Shown here one piece after another: positions 41,700 to 53,129 of a stretch of 64,000 bases of DNA. A program made the position numbers and the translations under genes. The notes under the pieces are model-generated. The model had not been told where the DNA came from and made no database searches. It was given only the letters and a program-made list of their open reading frames with translations. Position 1 is the first letter of the stretch, and every line of letters begins with the position of its first letter. The stretch comes from Octopus sinensis. Its lineage: Eukaryota. Location: positions 157,135 through 221,134 of the forward strand of contig NW_021836292.1 of assembly GCF_006345805.1 (NCBI RefSeq), in the 5' to 3' direction.

Positions 41700-42600
41700 G
41701 GAGGAGAAACATATGGGTCAAAAACGTCTGCATAGAGATATCAGCCTAACCAGCACCAAAGAGAAGAAACCATTATAGTTGCAGTAGAAAAGGCAGAAGC
41801 AAGAATACAACACATCTTTGGTTGAGATGCTGGAGTATGTCTGTGACTGAGATTTTAGCTACTCAGTCAGATGGTTCTTCTTGGGAATTGGTTAAGAATG
41901 TCTGCATGTCAAACAACAGCAACATCCCAGATGGAAGAGTAAAACTATATTTTGGGTCTCCCCTGAGATGTATGGCGTATCAATAGTTGTTGGGAGCTGA
42001 AGTATCTTCTAACTCTGAAAAGCATGACCAGTTATTGGGCTGTATGCCTAGCTACATTAGAGATGTGCTTCTGTCAGGAGAGGTCCTCAATGATAATGAG
42101 GCCCAACATTTGGAACAATTGCAAGGTCTCTAGTAGCATGCTGTCCATGTTTAAGTGGGTGAGGTATGAAGCTATTTTCTTGATGAGTAACATTTGTGTT
42201 TTTCTTGCTGTTGAAAGGGACAAGATTGGCATATCTCTATTCAATGATGCTTTTACAATCCCTGTTCGTGGAGTTAGTGCACGTTTGACATTTGGTGTCT
42301 GAATTGCATGTGACTGATACATTTACATAGAGTAATCATTGTTGAACATGATGACAAGAAGATCATTAATATGGAGGGAGAAGTATTGAGGAGACAAAAC
42401 CAAACTCTGGTGTACTCTAGAATTTATATAATAAGGGACACTAACAGCTCTGTCAAGACATGCCACAATAATATAATCTGATAAAAAGTTACTGATCCAA
42501 GAAATAAGAGACATGTGAAGCTCATAAGCAGGCAATAGCAGATTCACATGTCAGATATAGTTGAAAGTTTGGTTGATGTTGAGGGTGAAAACAGTGCTTT
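41700..42600 (-). mobile_element. Highly decayed L2/CR1-group LINE RT remnant
   Basis: LISWISNFLS...INSRVHQSLVLSPQYFSLHINDLL resembles the GVPQGSVLSP..INDL region. Downstream CFCLFYCNYNG resembles the LINE C-terminus. Confidence 0.55.
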
Positions 42601-42895
42601 CACCAAATATCTCCAAGGTAAGAGCCCATTAGTGGGTGACATACAGAAGTGACCAGTGGATTTGGCTTTAGGGAAATCATACTGCTGATCATTAAAAAGA
42701 GAGAAAGAGAGATGTTAGAGGATAATTGCTAATGGCTGTTTCTATTACCTTAGTAATATTGTAAATGAAATAGAATGATAATTAGGAGAGTCAGAAAAGT
42801 TGCTATTCTTGGGAATGAGATACAGTATAGCATGTTTCCCAAGATCAGCATTGATTATTGTAGGCAGAGTTGCTGGTAACTTTGCAGCGATGTAG

Positions 42896-44005
42896 TTATT
42901 CCCAAATGTGAATACGTTTATGGGCTGATAAATTGCTGCTATCAGAAACTGTTTTCCCACAGATATCACAGAGATATGGTTTCTCTCCAGTATGAATACG
43001 TTTATGAAGTAATAATCTGCTGCTAAAAGAAAAAGCTTTCCCACAGATATCACAGGGATATGGCTTTTCTCCTGTATGTGTACGTTTATGAGCTATTAGA
43101 TTGCTGCCATCAGAAAAGGCTTTCCCACAAACACCACACTTGTATGGCTTTTCACCAGTGTGAATACGCCTATGAATTGATAATTTATCATTACCGGAAA
43201 ATTCTTTGCCACATATTTCACAGGTAGGTTTTTCTTCAGTGTGTGTACGTACATGATTTGATAATTTAAATTTATACGAAAATGCTTTTCCACAGAGTTG
43301 ACACTGATATGGTTTTTCTCCCGTATGCATACGTTTATGATATGATAAATTAGTGCTAGAAGAAAGAGATTTCCCACAGACATCACATTGAAATGGCTTT
43401 TCCCCTGTATGAATACGTTTATGGTTTGATAAAGTGTAATTATTACAGCATTTTTTCATGCAAATGTCACACTGGTAAGACTTTTCGCCAAGGTGAGTAC
43501 GTTTATGATCTGACAGTTGGCAATTATAAGAAAATATTTTCTCACAAATATCACACTGCAATGATTTTTCTATGGTGTTTTTGCGCTTGTGGTAAAATAA
43601 GTTACTCTGACTGAAAAATTCTTTCCCACAATGTTCACAGGAGTATGGTTTATCTCCTGTGTGAATGTGTTTGTGATTTGTCAAGTTATTGTTTGTTGAA
43701 AATTTTTTTCCACAAATCTCACAGCAGTATGTTTTTCTTTCAGCATGTGTACTTTCATGAACCGCTAAGGTACTTCTGTAAGCAAATACTTTCTCACAAA
43801 TACTACACTGGTATGTTTTTTGTCCACTGTGTAGACGTTTGTGGACTGATAACTGACTGATACAAGAAAATATTTTGTCACAATTTTCACATTTGATTAT
43901 ATTATCTCCATTGTGAGTACATTTATGAACTAATAAGTCAGAATCCACAGGGAACAGCTCCCCACAAACATCACATCTGAGAGGTTTTTCTTCTGTTTCC
44001 AACAT
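42896..44005 (-). CDS. C2H2 zinc-finger protein, 369 aa, 13 tandem fingers (finger 5 has the last His replaced by Asn), no recognisable effector domain
   Basis: Uninterrupted ORF with CX2CX12HX3H repeats and TGEKPY-type linkers. An in-frame TAG lies two codons upstream of ATG 44005. Confidence 0.92.
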   Translation of the reverse strand: MLETEEKPLRCDVCGELFPVDSDLLVHKCTHNGDNIIKCENCDKIFSCISQLSVHKRLHSGQKTYQCSICEKVFAYRSTLAVHESTHAERKTYCCEICGKKFSTNNNLTNHKHIHTGDKPYSCEHCGKEFFSQSNLFYHKRKNTIEKSLQCDICEKIFSYNCQLSDHKRTHLGEKSYQCDICMKKCCNNYTLSNHKRIHTGEKPFQCDVCGKSLSSSTNLSYHKRMHTGEKPYQCQLCGKAFSYKFKLSNHVRTHTEEKPTCEICGKEFSGNDKLSIHRRIHTGEKPYKCGVCGKAFSDGSNLIAHKRTHTGEKPYPCDICGKAFSFSSRLLLHKRIHTGEKPYLCDICGKTVSDSSNLSAHKRIHIWE

Positions 44006-44354
44006 TATCTAACAAATTATTTCCTTTCTAAGAAAACCTTTCCAATGAAACAAGTTTTCCTCACAACAAATATTCCTTCAACAATTTTACAGAGGAACAT
44101 ATTTTCTTAAACAGAACCAGACTTTACTGAACTTAGAATGTTTCCAAATGTTCCTATGGTCAGACTTCTTGTGTTCTTGAACAAATTTGTATTAATTTAA
44201 GCTTTACTTGTTATAAAATGACTTCTCAATAGAGACATGTCAGCTTTTCACTGCACTGTTACATTCAGAGAACTTGATAAATAACACATTGGTAATTTCA
44301 GGTGTAATACTGTTTATGACGATGTCTTGTTAATTTTATTTTCCAATAATCTGT

Positions 44355-44375
44355 CCTGAAATTAACAAAAAGAAT
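44355..44375 (-). promoter_or_regulatory. Candidate 3' splice acceptor of the terminal exon of ZNF gene 1
   Basis: Minus strand CTTTTTGTTAATTTCAG|GACAG, homologous to the site at 52021. Confidence 0.6.
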
Positions 44376-44801
44376 ACATGTTAATGAGAATATCAGTATC
44401 AAGAATCTTCACTAAAGATTTTATATTTCAATAATACAGATTTCTAACACAAACTTAAAATTTATTCTTCAGAATTATTTAGCTAAAGGAAGTGGGAAAC
44501 AGACCTTAGCCCTCATGGATCTTCCAAAACATGTAATGTTGCTGCTGTTTAGTTCTAAGTCATCTCTGACTGAGCAGCAGTGATTAAGGACATTTAAACT
44601 ATGACCATTCTGGCTTACTCTCAGATATAGTACAGTAATCCCTTGCCATATCTCAGTTCTTCTATCGCAGTTTATTATTTAAGCTTATGTCAATTCCTCC
44701 GTCGTGTTGTTTTGCATTTATAATAAAATAAATATATACAAATTATAAAAATAATTTTAAAAATATACATGAATGTAGTATAATGCACAGATGGTGATAT
44801 A

Positions 44802-45180
44802 CTCTTTTACTTGTTTCAGTCATTTGGCTGCGGCCATGCTGGAGCACCGCCTTTAGTCGAGTAAATCGACCCCATGACTTATTCTTTGTAAGCCTAGTAC
44901 TTATTCTATCGGTCTCTTTTGCCGAACCGCTAAGTTACGGGGACGTAAACACACCTGCATCGGTTGTCAAGCGATGTTGCGGGGACAAACACACACACAT
45001 ATATATATACAAATACATATATACGACAAGCTTCTTTCAGTTTCCGTCAACCAAATCCACTCACAAGGCTTTGGTCGGCCCGAGGCTATAATAGAAGGCA
45101 CTTGCCCAAGGTGCCACGCAGTGGGACTGAACCCGGAACCGTGTGTTTGGTAAGCAAGCTACTTACCACACAGCCACTCC
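44802..45180 (-). mobile_element. SINE family C, full copy with a short internal tract
   Basis: Matches 10363-10785 end to end. Confidence 0.88.
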
Positions 45181-46093
45181 TTTTTTACGTTGAATGAATT
45201 ACGGTGATCTATGCCACAAAACAAACAAAATTTTCATTTGACGTTACTAATACATTCGTTTCTTTTGAAAAAAAATTGTGCTATTTTTCTTATGACATTA
45301 ACCTGGCAACACTCATATAAGGTTGGTGATGAGACTTAATGATGATTAGAGCGAGCATACATCTATTTTGATTATTTATTAGCTATCTTTTTGCTATTTT
45401 CTTGTTTACTTTTGTAAATTGGGTCTTTTTGTTCTTTTTCGCTTAAGTGTAAATATGTAAAATATTATTTATTCATAACTTTTATATTTTCTATAAAGTA
45501 GCACTTGGCTTCATAACTTCTTAACTTCGGCAGTTGAAAGACAGTGACAAGTTTAGCGAATAATGGAACCGATCAATCAGTTCTAACCCCCTTCCAACAC
45601 ACACATACACGCGGATTTCGAGCTGCTGAAAAGTTATGCAGTTTTTATCTATGGGGGTTTGTTTCTACAGTCAACATATGTTTATTAAACATACCTATGG
45701 TATGAGATTCTATTTTGATATTTATGATTGGGTGGTGGTCTTAATCCATCGTCCAGTTTAACACCGCCACTCAGCGGAGGTAGTGCTTTTAGTGAAGTTC
45801 GTTCTGTTATAAGAACTTGGACCAAGTCTGAGGAAACCTCATAAATCATGCTTTCTTCCAACACTTCATTCCATTAGACATTGAGACTTTGCGAATGAAC
45901 GTGCGCGCTGCTCTTCACAAACCATTAAAATACAACTATTTTACATTGAATATATCAAACAATAGTTAGCTTACCTCAACATACTTTTTTCATCTTGTTC
46001 TTCAACATGTTAAACATTTAAATTACATTCTCTAACCATCATTTTTCTAATGATGTACCGTATACAAATCACCACACCTTTCCATAAAAAGAG

Positions 46094-47043
46094 GGTTAAT
46101 ATAGGGCGTTACGATTATCAGAAAATCAAAAAAAAAATGTGTGTAATAGGTGTAAAACAACTTCCTATGAACGAATATGAAAAAAAAAATTCGCGCACGC
46201 GAAAGGGGGGTGGGGAGAGGCCTCGGAAAATTCACATCGGGAAGTTCCGAAAGCGTCTGAGGGGCTGACCCGGGCACCAAAACAAAAAAAAAATAGTGTA
46301 ATATGTGTAAAACAACTTGCTCTAAACGAATATGAAAAAAAAAATTCATTATCATTTTCGTAACATAATTTCTGTAGTATTTCAAGATGTTTCTGACACG
46401 TATTTTGATTCACATGGCGGAGATCCAACATTTCTTCACTTTTTCCAGAATTTCTTCTCTTTATTATTTTTTTTTTTGCGAAATATGTACAAAAATACGG
46501 AGTTTATGATTCATGTGTGAGTGTGTGTTCTTGATACTCGTTTAGAACAAGTAGTTTTACACCAATTACACTATTTTTTCTTAGTTTAAAGGCCGTGGAC
46601 TGAAGATGTGAAATTTCCGAAGCCTCTCCCCCACCCCCCTTTCGCGAGCGCGAATTTTTTTCATCATAGTCGTTTAGAGCAAGTTGTTTTACACCTATTA
46701 CGCTGTTTTTATTTTTGTTTTTGTGCCCGGTTCAGACGCTTTCGGAAATTCCCGATATAAATTTTCCGAAGCCTCTCCCCCACCCCTCTTTCGCGAGTGC
46801 GAATATTCGTTTAGAGCAAGTTGTTTTACACATATTACACTATTTTTTTTTTGTTTTGGTGCCCGGGTCAGACCCTCAGACGCTTTCGGAACTTCCCGAT
46901 GTGAATTTTCCGAGGCCTCTCCCCCACCCCCCTTTCGCGTGCGCGAATTTTTTTTTTCATATTCGTTCATAGGAAGTTGTTTTACACCTATTACACACAT
47001 TTTGTTTTTGATTTTCTGATAATCGTAACGCCCTATATTAACC
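46094..47043. mobile_element. 950-bp non-autonomous foldback DNA transposon with ~240-bp TIRs and an 8-bp TSD
   Basis: Arms 46094-46333 and 46803-47043 are near-perfect inverses starting GGTTAATATAGGGCGTTACG. AAAAAGAG occurs at 46086-46093 and 47044-47051. The arms are built from a ~140-bp subrepeat. Confidence 0.9.
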
Positions 47044-47654
47044 AAAAAGAGCCTATGCGTAGTCGCTCGAGTTGCTAAAAATAGCAGCTAATACTTCAAT
47101 CACTCCCTATCGTCTTAAAAAAATGAAAAACACATCAGAGAATATAGTTGTAGATATACGTGATGATTATGACTGGAAAACCTTAGAGCTAGGTTTATTC
47201 AATCACAGCTCATCTGAGGCTACGCGATCTCCGATGTGATGCGGACATCGGGATAAAGAGACCTAACTAACGGAGAAAATTAGTGCATCATGCGAAAATA
47301 CAAACAGGTGTTATGGAATCGCCGAAACGAAACAATTAAGAGAATAAAAATGAAACTTAAAAATTTCACAGACATGTGTAATCTATACGTTCTCGATTCC
47401 TTGTGATAAAATAGATCTTAAATTGTTGTTGTTGTTGTTTAGCTGTCATTCAACAAACTTATAAAAGGTGCCTCATCCGTAACCATTCCATCTTTTATTC
47501 GAGCGCGTGTTACATGTTTGTAAGGAAGATGTATAAGTGATTATTGTTTTGGAACTGACGGATATTAGGTGTCATTTCCCATTCATATGGATTAGTTTAA
47601 AATAATTTACAATTAAATGAACTTATTTTAATTTATTTATTGTAATTTTCTACG

Positions 47655-47822
47655 CAGTGGCGTCTTAAGACATGTGCAACACTGGTCAGTAACCCGTGGG
47701 CCTCAGGTCAAGGGGCCCAGTTCTGATCTATATATGTTGTGGCTTGCAGTCAATAAATAAATATTATACAGCCCAGAGCACTGATTTGCCCAGGGACTTA
47801 TAGTACTGCTAAGACGGCCCCC
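47655..47822. mobile_element. Small MITE, possibly Harbinger-type
   Basis: GTGGCGTCTTAAG versus CTAAGACGGCCC imperfect TIRs. Confidence 0.35.
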
Positions 47823-47848
47823 ATTCAAGCGCGCGCACGCGAACACAC

Positions 47849-47889
<41 letters not shown>

Positions 47890-47895
<6 letters not shown>

Positions 47896-48273
47896 CTGAA
47901 GTTGTCTATGTATGGCAGGTTTGGTAGCCTTCAACTAACACTATCTCCTCCGAGACCCTGCAGCGCAAGTTGACTAAAATTGAGAGTATGCTAGAAGGCT
48001 AGCTCTTCCTTCGGTAGAAGAAAAAATTCATATCGGACCATGTTGACACCCAAAAATTATTTACATCAAAAAGTTGCTTTTTTTCCTATAAAAATCCCTA
48101 TTTTTTTACGATTTTTTGACTGCTGTGTCGCCATTTTTTGGTGTATTTCATTCAACCAGAAAAATGTTCACTTAAAGAAAATAACAAGCTACATAATGCA
48201 AAATTTTTACTTTTCAAAAATTCCAATTCTAAAGGGTCGAAACAAACCCGAGCAACGCCGGGCAATACTGCTA

Positions 48274-48275
<2 letters not shown>
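47890..48275 (-). mobile_element. Non-autonomous Helitron-like (Lep1/DINE-1-like) element
   Basis: Minus strand starts TACTAGCAGTATTGCCCGGCGTTGCTCGGG and ends ..AGACAACTTCAGCTTTATATA. Inside (TA)n on both sides. Confidence 0.6.
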
Positions 48276-48331
<56 letters not shown>

Positions 48332-48375
48332 CGGGGTCTCTATACACAAACATCATACGGAATCATGTCCTTTCT

Positions 48376-48640
48376 CTACGAGGGTGAGCTGACAAGGAAG
48401 GAGTGATGCTGAAGCTGTGAAATATTGCATACATTAATTTCAGTTCTCCTTATTTATAATTGTCTTGTTTCTTTCCAGGTAAACTGATAACTGGTTGTTC
48501 AAAGAAGATTTCAGAAGTAACTAGTAGCGACTTATCTTGGAAGAGGAAAAAATTTGGCATTGCAGTGTTATCGAGTACCTGCAGAAAAAGGGTTTAGTCC
48601 CCCAACAACATTCATACTGACATAGCTACTGGCGCTTTTT
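48376..48640 (+). mobile_element. Mariner 5' remnant
   Basis: TACGAGGG TIR-like start. Reads KIWHCSVIEYLQKKGL..IHTDI. Confidence 0.4.
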
Positions 48641-49548
48641 CGTTTGACACATAAAGCGTGACGGGTCACAATTGTGACCGTCAGGCACAGGTTGACAGGC
48701 CACGATTGTGGCCCAGATAGATGCATTTAATTTATGGGCGTTTTGGGAGGCCTAACATCACTCAAACATTCCAATACACCCCAGAATGCAAGAGGACTAA
48801 TAGTTCAACTAATGACTTTTCAGGTGAAGTTAAACCTACCACCATTATATACTAAGAAGATATTTAACTTTTTTGTGTGTGTGTGTGCATGGTAGTCTCA
48901 TTTTCATATATATATATATAGAGAGAGAGAGAGGTATGCATCTCAGATCCAGCATTCAACATTTCCTAGAATGCAACACTCTCAAACACCTCTCACCCTG
49001 AGCACAAATTTCAACATATAGAAGTTCAAACTAAATAACAACCACATTGGCTTCATCTTGTCTAAAAGACCCTGCAATGTCCATGGTTCTACTCTTTTAT
49101 AATATAAAGCAATAAAAAAAGATAACAATCCTGTAAACTTCTGAGATTCTAGTAAACTCTTTCCTGATAGTAAATTAGTGATACAGGACAGCTGCATTAA
49201 TAAAATAAGGAGAGATGTATTAAATGATATCTTCAACAGAGTGAATGTCAATAATGGCACTCAAGGTGTCAAGTGGTAGTAAATAAATTATCAGATTAAA
49301 TCCACAACCTAAAAATTTGGGCTTTCCTTCTTTTCTAATTTCCCATTCAATTCAAGCTTCAATGTTAATAAAGTAGGTGGTATTTATTGCACTAGCAGTA
49401 CAATTAGATATAGCATTTTACAGAGGTACCTACAATCGAAGGTATATTTTAAAGTTAGACAGTTGATACATTGGTAACTTACCATTATAGCTCAGTATTG
49501 TTCAAGAGTTCCACTGCTATACTAGCATCAGTATTTTTGTCAATCATA

Positions 49549-49764
49549 TGAGGGGGTGTTGAAAAGTATCTGGCTTTAAGGGTATCATGAAAGGCCTGAT
49601 TGGAGGTCCAACTTTCCAGTTCTTTTACAGGGCTTAGAAAAACTGAAGGACCACTGCAATAAGTGTATGAATCTGGGAGGAGAATACATTGAATAAAATC
49701 ATAATTAACTGATCCTCTTGTATTTTCTTTTACCCAAAACCAGGAACCTTTCAGCTCCCCCTCA
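49549..49764. mobile_element. 216-bp mariner-derived MITE
   Basis: TGAGGGGGTGTTGAAAAGTATCTGG and CCAGGAACCTTTCAGCTCCCCCTCA inverted ends, with TA flanks. Confidence 0.75.
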
Positions 49765-50614
49765 TACAATACATGGCTTCTGCATTAGAAAAAAGAAAGC
49801 TTAATATTGTGTCTAACTGACAAAATACAAAAAACTTGAGAAATATTAGAGGTTTTGGCAGAATATTTATTCAAAATTGCAAGTAGAATGTTTATTCAAC
49901 ATTTCAAATAGTATAAACTTGAGGTGATGCAGCTTCTCATCAAATTCATTACTGGTAGATGAAGAGTGTAACGATACTTGTATAAGTAACATAATTAGCA
50001 TTACCTATGACTCTAGGAAGTATTACTTAAAACTGAAATTTCATTTTAAAAGGTAATTCATTGCATAACAATTAGTTCCAATCTCTTGTCAAAGAATTCA
50101 GTTTTTGTGTTTATATAAATTTGGGTCGAAAGTTTATTAATGAAGTTGTGTTTTACATTAGATAGTGTTTGAGAAAGAATATTTGAGAATCTTTCCAGAT
50201 TAATTTCATGTAGCTAATTATATTTTCTGTCTGTCTACTAGAGTCTCAATTATATCTTTGATGATATAATTGCTTATATTAATAATTGAAACCAATAATA
50301 TTTACACAATCATAACAATTTTTGAACATTCAAGATGCATAATTGCAAAATTCAAGAATGTTAACATCCTCTTCAAATCTAAGATGTTTTGATATAAAGA
50401 TGTAATTAATAAACCATAATGAAGACACACAATGAAGAATTGAAGATGAAACATTAAATAAAATTATTTTTCTAATTCTTTAGCTTTATGGTGAGATTTA
50501 TCACTGTTCTTTTTTTAATATTTTAATAACAATATTCCACTACTTCAATATTTCAAATAAACCACCGGATCTTATGATTATTAATTTGTTGTTATAAATT
50601 TTATACTGGTATGG

Positions 50615-51637
50615 TCACTTTTCTGTGTGAATACGATAATGACGAGCTAAATTTCTATTCCTAGAAAATGCCTTACCACAAAATTCACAAGAGAATGGTT
50701 TCTCTCCTGTATGAATACGTCTGTGTTCTGATAAGTTACTGCGACAAGCAAACACTTTTCCACAAAACTCACACTGATAAGGCTTTTCCCCAGTGTGAAT
50801 GCGTATATGATCAGTCAGGTGATTGTTAAAAGAGAATGATTTGCCGCAGATTTTGCACTGGTATTGCTTTTCTCCTGAATGAACACGTTTGTGGCAGGAG
50901 AATTTACCATTAGAAGAAAATGATTTCCCACAAATATCACAGTGATATGGCTTTTCACCATTGTGAACACGCCTGTGGTCTGTTAACATACTGCTACGGG
51001 AAAATGTTTTCCAACAAATATCACAAAAGTATGGTTTTTCTCCAGTGTGAACACGTACATGAAGAGACAGTTTACTACTAGCTGAAAAGGCTTTCCCACA
51101 GATTTCACATTGGTACGGTTTCTCTCCTGTGTGAATGCGTTTGTGACATAGTAAAGTACTTCTACACGAAAATGACCTCCCACAAAATTCACAATGATAT
51201 GGTTTTTCTCCTGTGTGAATACGAACATGACGAGATAATTTACTAGTGAAAGCAAATCCCTTCCCACAGATTTCACAGTAGTATGGTGTTTCTCCTGAGT
51301 GAATCCGTTTATGATCAGATACACTACTGCTACTTGAAAATGCTTTACCACAGATTTCACAAGAGTATGGCTTTTCCCCAGTGTGGATACGCGTGTGATC
51401 TGTTAAAGTACTATTTCGAGAAAAGGCCTTTCCACAGATTCCACATTGATACGGTTTCTCACCTGTATGAATGCGTTCATGATCCAACAGGCTGGAACTC
51501 TTGGAAAATGCTTTACCACAATTTCCGCATTTGTATACTTTATCTCCATCGCGAATCTGTTTATTAGAAATTAGGTCTGAGTTTTTAGAATCGTCACATC
51601 TACTGACAGGTTTGTCTTCTGTCTCTAGCATTGTCAT
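50615..51637 (-). CDS. C2H2 zinc-finger protein, 11 tandem canonical fingers, paralogue of 42896-44005
   Basis: Uninterrupted ORF. The first ATG is at 51637 (the track start at 51658 is TTG). It shares the MLETE(E/D)KP start and has TGEKPY linkers. Confidence 0.93.
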   Translation of the reverse strand: MTMLETEDKPVSRCDDSKNSDLISNKQIRDGDKVYKCGNCGKAFSKSSSLLDHERIHTGEKPYQCGICGKAFSRNSTLTDHTRIHTGEKPYSCEICGKAFSSSSSVSDHKRIHSGETPYYCEICGKGFAFTSKLSRHVRIHTGEKPYHCEFCGRSFSCRSTLLCHKRIHTGEKPYQCEICGKAFSASSKLSLHVRVHTGEKPYFCDICWKTFSRSSMLTDHRRVHNGEKPYHCDICGKSFSSNGKFSCHKRVHSGEKQYQCKICGKSFSFNNHLTDHIRIHTGEKPYQCEFCGKVFACRSNLSEHRRIHTGEKPFSCEFCGKAFSRNRNLARHYRIHTEK

Positions 51638-52020
51638 TAAACCATATTGAAGAGACAAACAGAAATTTCTGTATTACTTTTCTACCAAAACATTTAAAAT
51701 AAAAAAACGGATTTTTTTCAATAATTCCAGAAAAATATTTTTCTCAAGCTGAATCAGTTGATATCAAACGCAGAACATTCTCAAATGTTTCATTGGTCAT
51801 GGGCTTGCTTCAACAAACTGGTTTTTGTGTTAAGATAAGCACAAGACAATAAACACTCTCTAATGTCAGTATCACATATATTTGTCTGTTGTAGGTATGT
51901 ATACAAGTCTTACATCACATTGTTACCTTCAGACAAATGTAATACTCCACACTGGTTGTATTTCATTTAACACTGTCAAAGGATGACATTTGGTAGAATT
52001 CCATTTTTCAACCCGGCTGT

Positions 52021-52040
52021 CCTGGAATTAAAAAAAAACA
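52021..52040 (-). promoter_or_regulatory. Candidate 3' splice acceptor of the terminal exon of ZNF gene 2
   Basis: Minus strand GTTTTTTTTTAATTCCAG|GACAG. Confidence 0.6.
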
Positions 52041-52084
52041 ATCTTAGATGGAACTAATACAAAAATGTGTGCGTGTGTGTCATG

Positions 52085-52340
52085 TATTATGTAGAAAATA
52101 ACCAATTGGTGCTAGATCCCACCAGATGGCCAGCAGTCTGGGGTGGGAAGATTAGAATAGTAGTGAGTAAGTGACAAAAGAAGAGATGAGTAAGAAGTTC
52201 TTGAGAAGAGGTAATATGAGACCAACCAGCTCCAAGGAGTGGAGGTTGCTGTAGTAGATGTAGAAAAAGAAGAGACAGGAGACAGCACATCTAAACGCCA
52301 ACAGCTGGAGCATGTTGGCAAGTGATTAAAAACCAATTAG
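52085..52340 (-). mobile_element. Decayed L2/CR1-group LINE C-terminal fragment
   Basis: Reads approximately RCAVSCLFFFYIYYSNLHSLELAGLI, similar to the 41700-41800 segment. Confidence 0.4.
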
Positions 52341-53129
52341 TTAGATAGCCATTTTTGAGGTGTGATCCAAGATATCTATAAGTGTAGCAACCACAGACGT
52401 GGGATCATTCCTCCATTGCGAATCTCACCCAAACTTTGAAGAGGATTAGTAATCATTGAAGACTGATATATTTTCTGTACTTGAAGAGTAAGACCAGTGT
52501 TCATGACTGGAAGTGGTAAGACTATAAAATCCTGACATCTTTACTCTTTTATAATAGTATTTCTAACAACAATAGTCTGTTTACAGTATTTTGTAGGGAC
52601 AGGTGGTAAAATAACATTTTTTTAATGATTTATAGGACATGGCATTTCGTTATGCAACTATAATATACTACAAAGTATATTAAACTTGTTTTATAAGTCA
52701 ACACCATGCTCTACTGAGTTAGCAGTGTTATTACATCACTTGTTAAGGTTATTTCTATAGATTTTCTATAGAAATTATAGCCAGAGCTGATTTTGTTACA
52801 ATGCTTCATATCAGAGATGCCTAAATTAAACAACAATGAGATGGAAAGTGAAAAATGGATATCATGCATATATGACACATCAGAACTTTTTGCTCCTTCA
52901 TCAGCATCCATCCAGCCTGTTTATCATCCATGAACTCATTGTTTAAATAGCCACTAAATATAGCAGTATAACATTATTGGATATACCAATTTTACATATT
53001 AAACACATACCTGGAAGCTGGTACATAAATATTTATTTTTTGATGTATTAAGCTGGTATGGAATACAATTTAACACAAGATTATTTTAAAACTACATTGG
53101 AATTATTAGAAACTGGAATTTCACGTAAT

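Noticed and set aside
48900-49480. Possible LINE RT remnant (ORF 48982-49260)
   Set aside because: Only vague similarity, with no diagnostic motif that I could read with confidence.
43096-51360. Alternative-frame ORFs overlapping the ZNF genes (43096-43386, 50983-51360)
   Set aside because: Expected by-products of the periodic zinc-finger codon pattern.
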